Part shown: positions 62,857 to 64,000 of the stretch, piece after piece
How positions within the stretch are numbered: position 1 is the stretch's first letter
How the letters are laid out: each line of letters opens with the position of its first letter
Assembly (NCBI GenBank): GCA_017545525.1
Contig: JAFWMT010000003.1
Span: forward strand, 60,694 to 124,693
Reading direction: 5' to 3'
DNA length: 64,000 nt
DNA from: Candidatus Saccharimonadota bacterium
GTDB lineage: Bacteria; Patescibacteriota; Saccharimonadia; Saccharimonadales; Saccharimonadaceae
Made by a program: the position numbers and the translations under genes
Notes under the pieces: model-generated
The model's input: only the letters and a program-made list of their open reading frames with translations
Databases searched by the model: none
What the model was told of the DNA's origin: nothing

Positions 62857-64000
62857 ATGAGTGAGGTAATAAATTCTAATAATAAGGAATCAGTTTCAGA
62901 AAGTTTGCCGGTTGGAGAAGATGCTTTTTTGAGTTGGGAAGAACATCGAGAGAAGCAAAAAGAAGATGGGACGGATAAGGAATCGTCTTTGGTAGGTGCG
63001 GAACAAGCTGATAGTCAGACTGCTAATGCAGAAGAATTAAGGGATGCCGTTTTAGATTTGGCTAAAAGTGTTGATGAGTATGAAAGAGATGGTGATGATG
63101 ACTTGATTGAGTTTGCTGGGATGAAATTATCGAGAGAAGCGGTTGGCACAGATAAAGTAATGGTGACGGAACTGAAGAAAAGATCTAAATTTGATGTTCT
63201 GGGAAAAGCAAAAGATAAAAAAGCTATGGATAAATTGATGGAAATTATCTCGGATGAAGATTGTAGCGATGAAGAAAAAGAAGAGGCGATGAAGAGACTT
63301 TTTGATCCTTATGTTGCGAATTTGTTTTTGCAGGAGGCGCATGAGGATTATAATTTTGCTCATCATCTGACTCATTATCATCGTATGTTTGAAGCGTTGC
63401 CTTTAAAAATTCAGCTAGAAGAGTTTTTAGGTCAGGAACATTTATTAACCCTATCTACTCCAAGAGATTACCCACGTTCCTTATTGAATAAAATTGCTTG
63501 TGGGGTTCTTGATAGTATAGAAAGTGAGACTGGTAAAGAAAAAAGAACTGGGAAAGATAGGCTTGGAAAAATGATAGAGAGACGGATGTTCGAGAGGAAC
63601 TTTGGCCATGAGACTGCTATTGATATGGTAGATGATAATATTATGCAAAGATTATATGATAAGGCGGTTGATTTTGGGTTTGGCGAAGCTAAAAGATGCT
63701 TGGGATTATTAAAAAGTGAGCAAATTATAGCTAAGCTTGGTGATATAGCAAATGACCCTGACTTAAGGGTTGGAGATGTGTCTAATACTTATTTGATGAT
63801 AGAAAATGAAGATATGGACGATAATAAAAAGGCTGAGTGGCGAGAGAAATATGAAGAAATATTGCCTTACGAAATGAGGAGGATAGTTTCAATTGGTGAT
63901 GCTTTTATGACAGAATTAGATTTAGAAGGAGCGAAAGAATATCTGGAAAAATTAGACGAAGATAGAGAGTTAAGGGAAGAAATTGGTTTGGATGAGGGAG
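62857..64000 (+). CDS. hypothetical acidic protein, 5' part (open to the window end)
   Basis: Own translation from ATG 62857 is stop-free to position 64000 (MSEVINSNNKESVSE...). TATAAT lies 9 nt upstream. Absent from the ORF track because there is no stop. Confidence 0.6.
   Translation, partial: MSEVINSNNKESVSESLPVGEDAFLSWEEHREKQKEDGTDKESSLVGAEQADSQTANAEELRDAVLDLAKSVDEYERDGDDDLIEFAGMKLSREAVGTDKVMVTELKKRSKFDVLGKAKDKKAMDKLMEIISDEDCSDEEKEEAMKRLFDPYVANLFLQEAHEDYNFAHHLTHYHRMFEALPLKIQLEEFLGQEHLLTLSTPRDYPRSLLNKIACGVLDSIESETGKEKRTGKDRLGKMIERRMFERNFGHETAIDMVDDNIMQRLYDKAVDFGFGEAKRCLGLLKSEQIIAKLGDIANDPDLRVGDVSNTYLMIENEDMDDNKKAEWREKYEEILPYEMRRIVSIGDAFMTELDLEGAKEYLEKLDEDRELREEIGLDEG

Noticed and set aside
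63127-63381. 84-aa minus-strand ORF
   Set aside because: It lies inside the long stop-free + strand ORF that starts at 62857. Its I/F/K-rich translation is typical of the antisense of an acidic gene.

Overview
This is a compact, mostly housekeeping 64-kb chromosomal window, about 40% GC by eye. I found roughly 60 credible CDSs and 7 tRNAs. I saw no rRNA, CRISPR array, transposase or integrase.

The gene content points to a reduced-genome, Gram-positive-type bacterium. It includes aspS, pyrG, recA-nudix-recX, truB, rpsO, pnp, lepA, tsaB/tsaE, murB/murC, folD, radA-ruvC-ruvA, rplS, rplY, hrcA-grpE with a CIRCE operator, tpiA, a class I aldolase, ComEC, DsbA, a PilB ATPase, three prepilin-like genes and a small alarmone synthetase. 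My best guess is Patescibacteria/Ca. Saccharibacteria, but this is inference with no database search.

Most worth a second look:
1. A 10.5-kb mirror-image duplication at 48267-58829. It consists of two divergent operons, each pairing a small Cys-motif membrane protein with a translationally coupled giant secreted protein of 1489 aa or about 1693 aa. I recognise no named family for these proteins.
2. Three related GC-rich, in-frame, hairpin-bounded insertions inside recX, truB and lepA. They resemble RPE-like selfish palindromic elements.
3. A compositionally distinct three-gene surface-protein islet downstream of tRNA-His/tRNA-Gly. It has twin consensus promoters, and about 45-nt inverted repeats bracket a 654-aa membrane protein gene.
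4. Tandem duplications of the 3' ends of tRNA-His and tRNA-Ser that look like att scars.
5. A pervasive leaderless promoter layout, with TATAAT 6-7 nt before the ATG.
6. A tRNA-Ile with a genomically encoded UAU anticodon.
7. Several unusual fusions or degenerate enzymes: a PfkB-like pseudokinase fused to aldolase, RNase HII fused to YraN, and an Lpd-like flavoprotein without redox cysteines.

All functional calls come from reading motifs in the supplied translations. None were checked against databases.
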